In this document: positions 6,287 to 16,886 of the stretch, piece after piece | How the letters are laid out: every line of letters starts with the position of its first letter | How positions within the stretch are numbered: position 1 is the stretch's first letter | Origin: a virus | Taxonomy: Duplodnaviria; Caudoviricetes | Length of the DNA stretch: 56,247 nt | IMG/VR virus record: IMGVR_UViG_3300049427_000022 | Location: 1 to 56,247 of that record | Strand: one strand, 5' to 3' | Made by a program: the position numbers and the translations under genes | Notes under the pieces: generated by a model | What the model saw: the letters and a program-made list of their open reading frames with translations, nothing else | Told to the model about the DNA's origin: nothing | Databases searched by the model: none

Positions 6287-8824
6287 CTATCTAAACGCGA
6301 TGTACTGATATACAGCGCCGTTAAAATTCGTCCATGCGTGCTGGAATGTATCCCCGTTGTATCCAACGGAAATCTTATTTGTGCCTATGACTAATTGCGG
6401 CGTCCCAGCCATCGAGAGTATTGAAGGATAAGCCGTAGTTACTATGCCACCCCTATTGTATCCACCATCCCCGGAGGGGATGTAAACCATGCTAGGTGTG
6501 AAAGGTAGCGCAATATCCCTCGAAGCCGTTCCTGTGCCTACGTATGAACCAGAAACAACGGGGTTGTAGTCCGTTCTTAAAAACTCAGCCCAAGCCGTCC
6601 AAATGCCCGCTGCTTGCCTGCGCTCCCATACGCGATTAGTGTAAAAATCACGGGCGGTCTGCGTTACATATCCCCCAGCTTCTGAGTAATTCGTTACATC
6701 TAGGTAAAGCCAATCAGTAACCCCAGCAGGTCTGTTGACGGTTAGCACACCGTTATACTTACCGTTAGTGATTACTGTATCTAGGTTAGTCCCAGAAGCT
6801 AAGAAAATCGTTTCATTGCTAACCTGTCTCCAAGTACTCCAGACGTTGTTTATCTGTCTTCTCGTCCAGAATCTACGGTCATCAGTAGCGTAAGCGTTTT
6901 GTACCGTGTACTCGCCAGCTGGATACCTGGAAACCTCTATAAAGAAGTTCATTCCCGCTGCAGGAACGTTTGTGCCTTGAGGTACGTGATACCAACCGTC
7001 TGTTTTAAGAGTATCAGCGTTTACGCCTGTACCTTGATTGACCATCTCCCGACTTACTAGAGTCCAAGTAGTCCAAACGCCCACTGCTGTTTCCCTGCGT
7101 GTCCATACTCGATTATCGTTGAACGAATATGCAGTTTGTGCAGCGAAGTTCGCAGCGTTATTAATGCTTATTACGTCAATCAAAAATCCACCGCCCGCTA
7201 TCGGACCGTTTACTGCGTTAAATACGCGGTATCTACCTGTAGTTATTAGAGTGTTAATATTAGTGTTGTCAGTAAGAATGACCGTAGTATTCGCCCTGTT
7301 AGCTTTCGCCGCAATCTCTTGCAGCGCGCCTTCTACGTCAGTGGAGGTGATAATATTACCAGCGTCAGCGACAGTAATTATAGATGCGGCATGAGTTGCA
7401 GGATGAGTATAGTTGGTTGCACCTTCCGCTACCCCGGCGAGCTTTGTCTTTTCAGCAGTTGTAAAGTCCTCCATAGACAGCTGCTTACCCGCAACCTTAT
7501 CGACCTTATCCGTGTTTAACGCATCGAGCGATTTGTCCGGCGCTGTGTACCAGTTCGCTTTACCTGTAATGCCCTTAATCATATTTCCGAGTTGCCCCAG
7601 AAGCGACGTAAGGGCGTCGGCTGCACCCGCTGTCTGTACTGTCGTGTCAACGATTTGCCTTGTACCTATCGCTGTGTCGTTAACTGCGCCAGCTGCTAGG
7701 CCTGCCGAAGTAATTTTCGGGGCGTCGCCAGCTGCGCCTGTATGTTTATGACCAACTGCGGCGTCAAATTTCGTATTTACAGCTTCCAGGGAAATAGCCG
7801 GGGCTGTGTACCAAGCAGCCTTCCCGGTAATCTGCTTTGCCATATTCCCCAGCATGGAAAGGTTATTTGTAAGAGTTTGCGCCCCGGCCGCCGCTACTGT
7901 CGTATCTACTAAAGTACGGTTCCCTATTTTTGCGTCAGTCCCCCCGCCGTCCTTTAGCTGAATATGGCCGTTAGTAAATTGTAGACTTACATCGTCAGGC
8001 GTTCCCCCTACCTGGACTAACGTAAGCGCAGTCGTGCCTAGGGTAATTACTCCCGTTGTCGTTAGCTGCCAAGTCGTGAACTGGTTAACTGTACCTTCCA
8101 ATACTCGCGCAGACATCCCAGTCGTAACCTTTCCTGCTGTATCTGCGTCGACTGCTCGCGACCAGGCTGCGGCCTGTACGACGTATACGCCATTTTGTGC
8201 TGCTGTCGTCTGATTCTTTACAAGTACCCGGTCGCCTGCTATTACAGCAACGCCGTCAATCGTTTGCGGGGCTGATAGGTTAATATTCGCGGTAGTTGCA
8301 GCCCTTACCGCGTCTTTTGCGTCACGGATATACAAAAAGCCCCTGTTTACTATATCGCTGTCTACAGCTGGGTCTGCTACCTGGGCGCGCCCGGCTACGT
8401 CGCGCTTCATAAGTACGGAAGCCGTCGCTGCGTTTGTGGCTGCGGTAAGCGTACTGTTCGTCGCTTCTAATGTAGTCGCCGGGGATGTGTACCAGTTCGC
8501 CTTCCCGGTTATGCCTTTTATCATGTTCCCGATTTGTCCCAGTAGCGTAGTTGCTGTAGCAGCAGCCCCCGCCGTTTGCGCTGTGGAATCGGTTATCGTG
8601 CGATTTCCTATAATGGCGTCTGTTGCTGCGCCTGCTACCAGGCCAGCGGTTCCGATTTTTGGCCCTTTACCAGCCGCCCCGCTGTGGTCGTGGCCTGTAG
8701 TTTCGTGGAAAAGTCCGTCCAGCTTTACCCAATTATCCCGCAGCATGGTATCGGTATTAAATACGTTCTCGCCGTCCGTTGCTGTATCCGGGTAATAAAG
8801 CCCCAGCTTCGTAGTTGTTGCCAT
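6287..8824 (-). CDS. Tail fibre / receptor-binding protein
   Basis: Three GNM.K.ITGKA.WYT.P repeats, HxH motifs, VLVKNQT..QNGVY domain, three Q.A....R.W.R....W..W knob-like repeats. Confidence 0.9.
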   Translation of the reverse strand: MATTTKLGLYYPDTATDGENVFNTDTMLRDNWVKLDGLFHETTGHDHSGAAGKGPKIGTAGLVAGAATDAIIGNRTITDSTAQTAGAAATATTLLGQIGNMIKGITGKANWYTSPATTLEATNSTLTAATNAATASVLMKRDVAGRAQVADPAVDSDIVNRGFLYIRDAKDAVRAATTANINLSAPQTIDGVAVIAGDRVLVKNQTTAAQNGVYVVQAAAWSRAVDADTAGKVTTGMSARVLEGTVNQFTTWQLTTTGVITLGTTALTLVQVGGTPDDVSLQFTNGHIQLKDGGGTDAKIGNRTLVDTTVAAAGAQTLTNNLSMLGNMAKQITGKAAWYTAPAISLEAVNTKFDAAVGHKHTGAAGDAPKITSAGLAAGAVNDTAIGTRQIVDTTVQTAGAADALTSLLGQLGNMIKGITGKANWYTAPDKSLDALNTDKVDKVAGKQLSMEDFTTAEKTKLAGVAEGATNYTHPATHAASIITVADAGNIITSTDVEGALQEIAAKANRANTTVILTDNTNINTLITTGRYRVFNAVNGPIAGGGFLIDVISINNAANFAAQTAYSFNDNRVWTRRETAVGVWTTWTLVSREMVNQGTGVNADTLKTDGWYHVPQGTNVPAAGMNFFIEVSRYPAGEYTVQNAYATDDRRFWTRRQINNVWSTWRQVSNETIFLASGTNLDTVITNGKYNGVLTVNRPAGVTDWLYLDVTNYSEAGGYVTQTARDFYTNRVWERRQAAGIWTAWAEFLRTDYNPVVSGSYVGTGTASRDIALPFTPSMVYIPSGDGGYNRGGIVTTAYPSILSMAGTPQLVIGTNKISVGYNGDTFQHAWTNFNGAVYQYIAFR

Positions 8825-8841
8825 TTATCCAGGCTCCCTTC

Positions 8842-9396
8842 TTATAAACTTTCTCCGAATGGTGCTAAGTTTTTAAGTTTCAGCAGATTTAGGTCTTTTA
8901 TTTTCATGAGGTTTATTTCCCGAACTTTTACGTACCTATATTGGAAGACGTGGCCCAGGTGTGCATGGATAATATTTTCTACCGCGTCGTCAACGTCGGC
9001 GATTTTATCCGGAACGCCAAGGGGGCCACCGAATTTAATATTTACCATACTGCCTACCAGGTCTATACTTACGTCTACCTGACCGTTAACGAAAGATTCA
9101 CAGACGGTCTTCACCAGGGACGCCGAAAAGTTACCAGGGCTTCGCCAACGGGAAAGTACCCGCCCCCGCCTGGTTTCGTAACTGTCGGTAGTAAGGGTCG
9201 GGATATGCAGCTGGTCTTCGTAAAACTTTAAGCCCCATGTCGCTGTCTTAATTCGCAGTTGCGCTTTAAGATCGGCGTTTTTGTCGTCTTCGGTATCATA
9301 TTCGCTGCCCTGGGCCGCCTGGATTTCGGCGTATACCGCGCTAGTTTCGTAGTATTCTGGGGCCTGCGATAGCATACGGTCTACGCGCTGGGTCAT
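8842..9396 (-). CDS. Baseplate protein, XkdU/YmfQ-like
   Basis: TATWGL..YE and IIHAHL motifs; follows baseplate J. Confidence 0.8.
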   Translation of the reverse strand: MTQRVDRMLSQAPEYYETSAVYAEIQAAQGSEYDTEDDKNADLKAQLRIKTATWGLKFYEDQLHIPTLTTDSYETRRGRVLSRWRSPGNFSASLVKTVCESFVNGQVDVSIDLVGSMVNIKFGGPLGVPDKIADVDDAVENIIHAHLGHVFQYRYVKVREINLMKIKDLNLLKLKNLAPFGESL

Positions 9397-10532
9397 AGGC
9401 CAGTCACCGTACCCAGCGTCGGTGCTTGTGACTGTGTTATCGTAAGGTCTGCCGTACCGCCGTTAATGGTTAAGGTCGAAAAGCTTTTAAGCCCGACCGT
9501 AAAGGCCAGCAGCCCATAAATTTTGTTATAGATTACAGGAAGTGGCGTCTTCGTTGACGGGTCTACTTCGAATACCAGTTCTTTAAGGTACGCCTTAACC
9601 GACGATTGGAAGGCAGCTTTTACCGTAGCTGGAATAGCGCCAGCGGCGTACTGCGTCCCGGTTACTGTAATGTTTACGGCCAGGTTATCCGCCGCTGCTA
9701 CTGTACAGGCGTTCCCCAGCGGTACTTTACCGTCGCCCAAGCCAGTAGCGCCAGGGTCTAGGTACACCTGGGTATCGGTTACTACCTGGGGCGTAGCTGG
9801 CGTTAAATCCAGCCCGGCCAGCAGTACCTTCGACGTATTAACGCCAGCCCAGCGTGGAATAACTTTCGCCTTACCGACGCCTGCGACTTCCTGCGCCCAT
9901 CTTTGAAGGTCGTACTTATTACCCCCGGTGTCTGGGTGCGTCGCTTTAAAGTCGTACCGTTCCCAGGCTTCTTCGTCTGTTTCTGGATCGCGCGCTAGAA
10001 TGGTCGATCCCTGGTCTGCGATAATCCGTACGCCTGGAATAGAAGGCTGTAAAACGAATTGACTGCCTGCCGCCAGGTTCCCAATAGTTCCTGCCGTTTG
10101 ACATGTAATTTTAAGGATAAGCGCGGTACTGGTCGCCCAGTTTACCCCAGCGTCAGCGGTGAATTTAAGCGGTTGGCCCTGGTCGTCCAATACAACCGCG
10201 TATAGCTGTTGCCCTTGTGGGATATTTACGCCCGCGTCAGCTGTGATAAGGAGTGCGCGCTTATTAGGCGTAGCCCCAATTCGAGTTAGCCCGACGTCGT
10301 ATAGGCAGTCGTCCAGGTCGCTACCTTCCGCATAAAAGGCAAAACGGCTGGCTAGAATCGTGTCCTGGTTTATTTGCAGCTGCTTAATTTCTGCCGGGCT
10401 AGGGGCTATTGCGTCGAACATAAAGTCGCCAGGTTCGGCCCGCCAGCCGTCAGTCTCTACTTTGGCTATCATACGGTCGCGTATGGTCATTTCGGTTTCT
10501 TCGAAAACGGGCTGGAATTTATTACGTGCCAT
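9393..10532 (-). CDS. Baseplate J / XkdT-like protein
   Basis: C..AG..GN, ETDE, GGNKYD..WA.EV.GV motifs. Confidence 0.9.
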   Translation of the reverse strand: MARNKFQPVFEETEMTIRDRMIAKVETDGWRAEPGDFMFDAIAPSPAEIKQLQINQDTILASRFAFYAEGSDLDDCLYDVGLTRIGATPNKRALLITADAGVNIPQGQQLYAVVLDDQGQPLKFTADAGVNWATSTALILKITCQTAGTIGNLAAGSQFVLQPSIPGVRIIADQGSTILARDPETDEEAWERYDFKATHPDTGGNKYDLQRWAQEVAGVGKAKVIPRWAGVNTSKVLLAGLDLTPATPQVVTDTQVYLDPGATGLGDGKVPLGNACTVAAADNLAVNITVTGTQYAAGAIPATVKAAFQSSVKAYLKELVFEVDPSTKTPLPVIYNKIYGLLAFTVGLKSFSTLTINGGTADLTITQSQAPTLGTVTGL

Positions 10533-10551
10533 TAAGCTTATCCCCCTTCCT

Positions 10552-10968
10552 TTATGCGGTGAATGTTAAAGTATCCGTACCGTAAACATGGTCGAAAGTT
10601 GCCGTTATTACGGCTTCGTCCATGCCATGGCGCTGTATCGTTATGTCGCGTACGTCGTGTAACCAGGGGTCGTATATAACGGCTTCTCTTACGGCACGTT
10701 CCATTTCCGAAAGCTTCGCAGCAGTCGGAAGATCCGATATTCGAATATTGTCTACGTCGCTGCCGTAGGTATGGCCCCGGCTTCCTTCTACTTCCGGGTC
10801 GGCTGCGTAAATTAAAAAAAGCCCGCGAATAGTCTGCTGGGCTTTTAATACAATTTGTTCTACGGCTTCCGTGCCTGTGACCGTTCTTACCTTCCCGGCT
10901 GCGTCAAATGCGAATTCCCCAGCCTGCCAATCGTATACCGGGGTTTTTCGGTTGTCTTTACTTGCCAT
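10552..10968 (-). CDS. Baseplate wedge protein, XkdS-like
   Basis: YGSD, E.ER.VREA..YDPW, VYG motifs; synteny. Confidence 0.8.
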   Translation of the reverse strand: MASKDNRKTPVYDWQAGEFAFDAAGKVRTVTGTEAVEQIVLKAQQTIRGLFLIYAADPEVEGSRGHTYGSDVDNIRISDLPTAAKLSEMERAVREAVIYDPWLHDVRDITIQRHGMDEAVITATFDHVYGTDTLTFTA

Positions 10969-10981
10969 GAATACCGCCCCC

Positions 10982-11434
10982 TTAATACTTATTAAGAATG
11001 ATATAGCTTACCTGGCTATCGTCCCAGGTCGGCGCTATTGCTACCCGGTCGCCGTTTGCCAGCGAAAGGCCGTTCGGCTTTGAAGCGCTGTAAGTCGCCG
11101 CCATTCCGTCGGGCTTTACTTTGCTACCGTCCCAGGTCGCCATAACCAGGCCCCCGTTAAGCTTTGCCAGGATAGCCCAGCGGTTACTGCCGCCTTCGCC
11201 CCCGGCTACCGGGAAAGCCAGCAGCTGGTCGCCTTCGCGCAGCGGGTAACACTCTACCGGGATTTCGAATATATCCAACCCCAGGGCCAGCTTCGTACCT
11301 TGCATAACAAAGGTAATGGGGTCGGGTTCGGAAGTCTTTACTTCTACAATATGCAAGGCGTTTTCGCCTTCGCCGCTGCTCATATTTCGAAGCAGTTGAA
11401 GCAGCGCTACGGTCTTATCTGTATTTTTTGCCAT
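10982..11434 (-). CDS. Baseplate spike protein, XkdR-like
   Basis: PL.EGD OB-fold motif; synteny. Confidence 0.6.
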   Translation of the reverse strand: MAKNTDKTVALLQLLRNMSSGEGENALHIVEVKTSEPDPITFVMQGTKLALGLDIFEIPVECYPLREGDQLLAFPVAGGEGGSNRWAILAKLNGGLVMATWDGSKVKPDGMAATYSASKPNGLSLANGDRVAIAPTWDDSQVSYIILNKY

Positions 11435-11447
11435 CCTAACCGCCCCC

Positions 11448-12617
11448 TTACTTCTTCGCGTCTAGGCCGTACTTCTTAATTAGGCCCTTCATTTCTTCGT
11501 TATAAACTGGTGTTTCGCTTACGCCCTTACCTTTGCCGTCTTTGTCCTTACCGTCGGCTGCCGCTTTTTTCTTCTTCGGCTTCTTAATCTTTTTACCGTT
11601 TGCCGTATAGTCCTTCGTGTCGTCTTCGGCGCTATCGAATGGTACAGGCGGTAAGCCCGGCGCTTCTTCGACGTCAAAAACCAATGTAATCCGTCGGCTG
11701 CTTTGGAAGGTATGTTCTACCCGACGAATATAATAAGGGCCTAGCGCCTGGGTTAGATCGTCTTCGACGTAAATAACGTCGCCTACGTGGAAGATAGGCA
11801 TTACCATATCGTCGTTAACGCCTTCGATACCGATAGACGCTTTAATCTTTACGCCTTCTTCCAGCATAGCCGCCGCGTCAGATTCCATTGTCTTTTCGTG
11901 GTCTTTGTCAACTTCTTCGAAGCGCGTTCTGGCCCCGAAGTTCTCTATGGCTTTTTCGTCGAATTGTACCACTGTCTTACCCGTTTCACGGTTAACCAAC
12001 TTAACTACGTTGTAGTGTTCTTCCAGGCTTTCTTCGTACTTCGCAGCAGTCATATTTACACCGCGCTGGAAGGCCCACATTTCCGAAGGCATTTTCCTTT
12101 CGAAGATCGTAGCCCCGAAGTCTTTTACCGAAGGGTCGAAACGTAGCCAATACTTTTTACCGCCGCCCCTGGAAGTCTTTACCAGGCCGTCGATTATGAC
12201 TTTATCTCCTTCGGCTTTCTTGTAAAAAGATGCAGGAAGAACTACCCCAGTAGGGGCAAGCTTCCCGCGCGCTACGCCGATGTTTTGCAGGACTTCTTCG
12301 GCCCTTTGACTTGCTGTAAGGCCCCCGGCGAAGTAGTAGTCGTCAGGATTCTTAACCAGGAAGTAAAGCGGGTCGTAAACTTTGTATGTTATCGTACCTT
12401 TAGCTTCCCAGCCCCTAACTTCTAGGAAGCCAAAAAATTCGCGCCTATCGCCTACGAATAGTTCGACTGATTGGCCTAAGTAATTTACAAGACCTTCGGC
12501 AGCTTGCAGCTGGAAGTCCAGCGAACGACATGACGCTTCTATATCGTCCGTAATTCTAGGCGGGGACGAAAGCAGCGAGGCTATATCTTGCATATTAATA
12601 ACCAGGCGCAGAGTCAT
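11448..12617 (-). CDS. Baseplate hub, XkdQ-like
   Basis: Size, synteny, YDPLYFL and GD.IYV...Y.I..VEH.F motifs. Confidence 0.8.
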   Translation of the reverse strand: MTLRLVINMQDIASLLSSPPRITDDIEASCRSLDFQLQAAEGLVNYLGQSVELFVGDRREFFGFLEVRGWEAKGTITYKVYDPLYFLVKNPDDYYFAGGLTASQRAEEVLQNIGVARGKLAPTGVVLPASFYKKAEGDKVIIDGLVKTSRGGGKKYWLRFDPSVKDFGATIFERKMPSEMWAFQRGVNMTAAKYEESLEEHYNVVKLVNRETGKTVVQFDEKAIENFGARTRFEEVDKDHEKTMESDAAAMLEEGVKIKASIGIEGVNDDMVMPIFHVGDVIYVEDDLTQALGPYYIRRVEHTFQSSRRITLVFDVEEAPGLPPVPFDSAEDDTKDYTANGKKIKKPKKKKAAADGKDKDGKGKGVSETPVYNEEMKGLIKKYGLDAKK

Positions 12618-13291
12618 AGCTTATATACCTGGCCGGGTTTTATTAGGTTTGGGTTAGTGCCGATTACCGCTTTATTGTCTTCGTAAATCGTCTTCCAGGG
12701 CTTCGGTACTTTCTTACCGATAAGCGTAAGTGTATCGCCGTTTACTACGGTGTACGTATTCGAAGCATCTGCCGCAGTCGCCGGGGCAGGTCTGTCGTCG
12801 GCTGTTTGCCCAGTCGATACTGGCGTACCGTCGGGCTTAACCTTCTTCGGGGCCAGCTTTATATGTTCGGTAAAGTTTACCGTGTAATATATGTCGCCTT
12901 CCGCACCCCGCAGCTTCGGCTTAAACGATTGTAAAAACATTGTTTTATTAAGTCCGAAGGCCGCTATGATTACCTGTAAGCTAGTACCGTTATCCTTCCA
13001 GCTAGAAAACTGGTTACGGTAAGATAATGGCGTTTTAAGCAGGCTAGGGCCGACGGCGCAGTAGCTAGGGTCGTGCCTGGCCGGGAAGAAAGATTCCCAG
13101 CCTATGCTGTCCAGTTCTACGCCTGCGGGTATGGCTACCGTTCCCAGGTCTAAAATATCCACGGTTATCGGCTTTTGGTCGCCGTCGTCGTAGGCTATTT
13201 CGCCGATGGTCGGAAGTACGGGAATAGTTAAACTTTTCCCGGTTTCGTTGTCTTTTATAGTTATTTCTACTTTGATACCCGGTAAGGTCAT
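12614..13291 (-). CDS. LysM-domain tail protein, XkdP-like
   Basis: SFFPA, GDIYY; C-terminal LysM YTVVNGDTL...NPNLIKPGQ. Confidence 0.9.
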   Translation of the reverse strand: MTLPGIKVEITIKDNETGKSLTIPVLPTIGEIAYDDGDQKPITVDILDLGTVAIPAGVELDSIGWESFFPARHDPSYCAVGPSLLKTPLSYRNQFSSWKDNGTSLQVIIAAFGLNKTMFLQSFKPKLRGAEGDIYYTVNFTEHIKLAPKKVKPDGTPVSTGQTADDRPAPATAADASNTYTVVNGDTLTLIGKKVPKPWKTIYEDNKAVIGTNPNLIKPGQVYKL

Positions 13292-16143
13292 ACCAGCGCC
13301 CCCTTATCTGCCGACGTAAGGATAGCCGCCGCTTCCTTGGCCCTTGTATGCAGGCGGTCGATAAATTGGTCTAACAGGTCGTCGGCATTGTCACCCGGCT
13401 GGGTGTGTACTTCTATCTTTCCTACCAGGCTAGCAACGTTTATATCGCCGCCTGCCTTCGCCGCCGGGGCTGCTACAGCGTTTACGCCTGTCGGGGCGAT
13501 ATTCGTTCCTGCTGCACTAAACGACGCGCCAGGGGCCATTGTAGCGCCGCTGGCAGTGGCCGTTACGTTCATACCCATGTTAGTACCCGCGAAAGCATTG
13601 CTTACAGCGTCTTGGAGGACGCCCTGCTGCTTGTTTACGCCAGTCGCTAGGGTAGTCATTACCGCGCCCCCGCTATACGTTAGCTGGGAAAGTGGCCCCT
13701 TCTTCGCGTCGGAGAATGGCAGAAATTCGCGTACCTTTTCCATAACGCCCTTAACCGCGTTTACCGGGGCCATAGCCATAGATTTAATACCGTCTACCAG
13801 CGTCGTAATGATAGCCTTACCCGAATCATAGAATAGGCTACCAAGGCCGCCGAAGAAGTCTATAATACCGTTCCAAATTCCTTCGAAGATGGTTTTTATG
13901 CCTTCCCAGGCCATTTTCCAGTCCCCAGTTAGCAGTCCCAGCGCCGTCTGTATAAGCCCGGATATAATCGCCCAGGCTATACTTATAATGCTAGTAATCG
14001 TATTCCATACGAATTTAACGACGGCCATAATTACCTGGAAGCCGCCGACTATGATACTGCCGATAGTGCTTAATGCAGCCATGATAAACGGCCCTAAAAC
14101 TGTCCAGGCTGCCATAATGATTACGAAGGCTGCTAGAATGATTTTACTTATCGCGGGCCAAATTGCCGTTACCCAGTTAAGTACTTTCGTAAAGGCCCCG
14201 ACTATTGACGTTGCTATCTGTACGACTACGGGAATTACCGCAGCTGCCAGCTGGCCTATTACTTTGTATACCAGCATGATAGCGGGCCATAAGATCGTAG
14301 TAACTGCCCAGGCTATGATACCTACCAGCATAAGTACCGTCGGCGCGATAGCCTTAAAGAAGTTATAAATGGCCGCGCCTAGTGGTAAGGCTACGGCCAT
14401 TATCGACTTAAAGGCTTTTACCGCTACGGAAAGCAGCAGCTTAACAGTCGGTATTACGTTCTGCTGTACAGCTTCCCACGTATGCAGCATCGTATTTTGT
14501 ATCATAGGCCATACACGTTTTGCTACTGCCTGGATAAGCTTAAAGCCGTTTACCAGGTCATTGACTACGCCCATTGCGATACCCGATATAGTCGGCCAGT
14601 ATTTCATAGCCTGTTGCTGAATCCAACGGAAGGCCGCGCCCAGGGCGTTTAATACCGTTAACGCTACGGCCTTGATAATCGGCCAGTATTTTATAGCCTG
14701 CTGCTGCATCCATTTGAAATGGTTAACCAGCGCAGAAAAGACCGCCAGGGCCGTAGCTTGTATCTGCGGCCAATAAGTCTTAAACAGGAATACGGCATAT
14801 TTCGCGTAGTAGGCTATGCCATGAAATACATACCAAGCAGTATCAATAATAGAATAAAGCGCCCTATTAAATCCGTCACTAAAGCCTAAATCTATCAGTT
14901 TCGAAGGGTCTGCGTTATTCCATATAGCCGCGATTGCCTGGCCGAATTTTTTAGCGAAGTTCCACATATCAATCAGCTTCTTCTTCGCGCCGTCCATACC
15001 GCCATTCATTTTTATAAATAAGCCTATAAGCAGACCGATACCTAAAATAATCCAGCCGATAGGATTCGTAAGCATGGCTGCCGATAGCAGCCGCATAGCG
15101 ATAGTCGCCGCCATTGTATAAGTCTTCATTGCAGTCATAACACCGACTACCGCGCCTATGGCAATAGCGACACCCTGTACAAAGGGCTTTATATCCTGCC
15201 AGTTCGTTTTAATGTATTGGAAGACTGGTGCGCTGGCTTTCCGGGCTGCCTTGAAAGCCCCAACGATAACCTTTTGCGCGTATGCCATTTCGTTCCCTAC
15301 AACGGCCCCAAACTGGTGTACTTTACTTATAAAGCGGTCTATGGCCCCGTTTTCCTGCAATTTGTTTAAGAATTCCAGGTAATTCGCCAGGTTCTTCTTC
15401 GCCCTATCGAAAAGCGGTTTACCTAGGTTTCGCCCTAGCGTCGCTACGAAGTCCGAAGCATTGGAAAGCATCCCTTTATAACTTGTTGCCTGCATAGCCA
15501 TACCGCCCTTAAAACGCTTTTCCATTAGGGCGAATAGCGCAGCATTGAAGGCAGTCATATCGGTTATACTGCCCTTACTATCTATCGGGTTAGTACCTAG
15601 GGCCTTCGCCTGGTCTTGTATCATGCCTTTAGTGATACCGAATTCTTTTAACCGTTCTACTTCCCCGGTCTGTGCATCGGCGACGGCTTCGACGGCTTGC
15701 ATAAGGTCTTTACCCATTACAGAAGCCATATCCCCTACGACGCCTAACGTTTTTTCAGCACTAATACCGTATGCTGCCATTTTCGTTGTAGCTTCGACTA
15801 CCTGGGGAATTTCGAAGGGGGTCTGCGCGGCAAATTTATTAGCCCAGGCCAACGTCCTAGTAGCTTCTTCCGCGCTACCCAGTACGACTGTTAACGTATT
15901 TTGGTATTGTTCCATATCAGCGTTCGAACCTATCAGCCAGTCGAAGGCTTTTTTACCTACTGCGATGCCGCCCAGGGCTACGGCCAAGGCCCCCAGCTTT
16001 CCTATCAAACCGTCGGCGCTAGTTGCAGCGCCCCGCATACTGTCCCGGAAGCTGTTTGTATTTCGGTTCGCTTCCCGTATACCCCGTGTAAAGTCGTTAT
16101 CGAAGTAGTTAAGCCGTATTCCCATAGTAAACTCGCGCGACAA
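13288..16143 (-). CDS. Tape measure protein
   Basis: 951 aa; FAAQTPFE, ERLKEFG, Trp/Phe periodic repeats, LPFSDAKKGPLS. Confidence 0.93.
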   Translation of the reverse strand: MSREFTMGIRLNYFDNDFTRGIREANRNTNSFRDSMRGAATSADGLIGKLGALAVALGGIAVGKKAFDWLIGSNADMEQYQNTLTVVLGSAEEATRTLAWANKFAAQTPFEIPQVVEATTKMAAYGISAEKTLGVVGDMASVMGKDLMQAVEAVADAQTGEVERLKEFGITKGMIQDQAKALGTNPIDSKGSITDMTAFNAALFALMEKRFKGGMAMQATSYKGMLSNASDFVATLGRNLGKPLFDRAKKNLANYLEFLNKLQENGAIDRFISKVHQFGAVVGNEMAYAQKVIVGAFKAARKASAPVFQYIKTNWQDIKPFVQGVAIAIGAVVGVMTAMKTYTMAATIAMRLLSAAMLTNPIGWIILGIGLLIGLFIKMNGGMDGAKKKLIDMWNFAKKFGQAIAAIWNNADPSKLIDLGFSDGFNRALYSIIDTAWYVFHGIAYYAKYAVFLFKTYWPQIQATALAVFSALVNHFKWMQQQAIKYWPIIKAVALTVLNALGAAFRWIQQQAMKYWPTISGIAMGVVNDLVNGFKLIQAVAKRVWPMIQNTMLHTWEAVQQNVIPTVKLLLSVAVKAFKSIMAVALPLGAAIYNFFKAIAPTVLMLVGIIAWAVTTILWPAIMLVYKVIGQLAAAVIPVVVQIATSIVGAFTKVLNWVTAIWPAISKIILAAFVIIMAAWTVLGPFIMAALSTIGSIIVGGFQVIMAVVKFVWNTITSIISIAWAIISGLIQTALGLLTGDWKMAWEGIKTIFEGIWNGIIDFFGGLGSLFYDSGKAIITTLVDGIKSMAMAPVNAVKGVMEKVREFLPFSDAKKGPLSQLTYSGGAVMTTLATGVNKQQGVLQDAVSNAFAGTNMGMNVTATASGATMAPGASFSAAGTNIAPTGVNAVAAPAAKAGGDINVASLVGKIEVHTQPGDNADDLLDQFIDRLHTRAKEAAAILTSADKGALV

Positions 16144-16161
16144 TGTAGTACCCCCCTTCTC

Positions 16162-16332
16162 TTATTTCTTCTTAGCTGCTTTTTGTTCTTCTTTTATTTT
16201 TAGCATTGTAGCCTGGTAGATAAATTCCCTTTCGAATGGCGGTAGGGCTAATATTTCCGACGGAAACTTACCTTTGTCGTTCCATATGTAGCCCAGTAGT
16301 TTCGCTTCGCCATTCGATTTTAGGAGTTTTTT
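16162..16332 (-). CDS. -1 frameshift extension of the tail assembly chaperone (gpGT-like)
   Basis: Slippery A AAA AAC at 16326-16332; -1 frame reads LLKSNGEAKLLGYIWNDKGKFPSEILALPPFEREFIYQATMLKIKEEQKAAKKK*. Confidence 0.8.
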   Translation of the reverse strand, partial: KKLLKSNGEAKLLGYIWNDKGKFPSEILALPPFEREFIYQATMLKIKEEQKAAKKK

Positions 16333-16796
16333 ACGGCTTCCTGCGTTTCTTTCGCGGCTTTTTGTCCGAATCCGCTATCGCTCTGAATTTTTACAGCGAA
16401 GTTAATAATTTCGCCCGGCGATAGTAGAATGCTGATTGCTTCGTCGGCAGTTGTTACTGGCGGCTTACCTTCTTTTGCGTTCGCTTCTGTCAATTTGTCC
16501 AGCAGTGCCTTACTAGCAAAAGTAAAGTTGCTTCGCGTGTCTTTGTGTACAGCTGCGATTACTACACGCGCCATCATTTTATCGTCGTCAACTTCGGGTT
16601 CCATACCACCCGTTCCGTTAGGTGTCATTTTTACGCAGTCTTTTTTAATTTGCTTGTACTCTACGGAATCAATAGCCGTATACGGTACGTCGCCTAGCTT
16701 GTCTACTTCGAATTCACCTTGTTTAATTGCTGTGAGTTCCGCAGCGTCTTTGCCTAGTATGTCCTCTAAAGAAATGAATTTTTTTACGTTTGCCAT
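16320..16796 (-). CDS. Tail assembly chaperone, XkdN-like
   Basis: LLSPGEI...SGF...VKN motif between tube and tape measure genes. Confidence 0.85.
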   Translation of the reverse strand: MANVKKFISLEDILGKDAAELTAIKQGEFEVDKLGDVPYTAIDSVEYKQIKKDCVKMTPNGTGGMEPEVDDDKMMARVVIAAVHKDTRSNFTFASKALLDKLTEANAKEGKPPVTTADEAISILLSPGEIINFAVKIQSDSGFGQKAAKETQEAVKNS

Positions 16797-16859
16797 GTTT
16801 GTTTACCATCCTTTCGACTGTTGGAAAAATTTAAGGGGCTGGCATTTCGCCGCCCCTAT

Positions 16860-16886
16860 TATCTTTATATCTTTACTTCTTTACTA
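16860..16886 (+). repeat. Three 8-bp-phased NNTCTTTA units
   Basis: TATCTTTA TATCTTTA CTTCTTTA. Confidence 0.7.

Noticed and set aside
6287-8824. Diversity-generating retroelement target
   Set aside because: No reverse transcriptase, and no adenine-specific TR/VR pair seen; the repeats are protein-level
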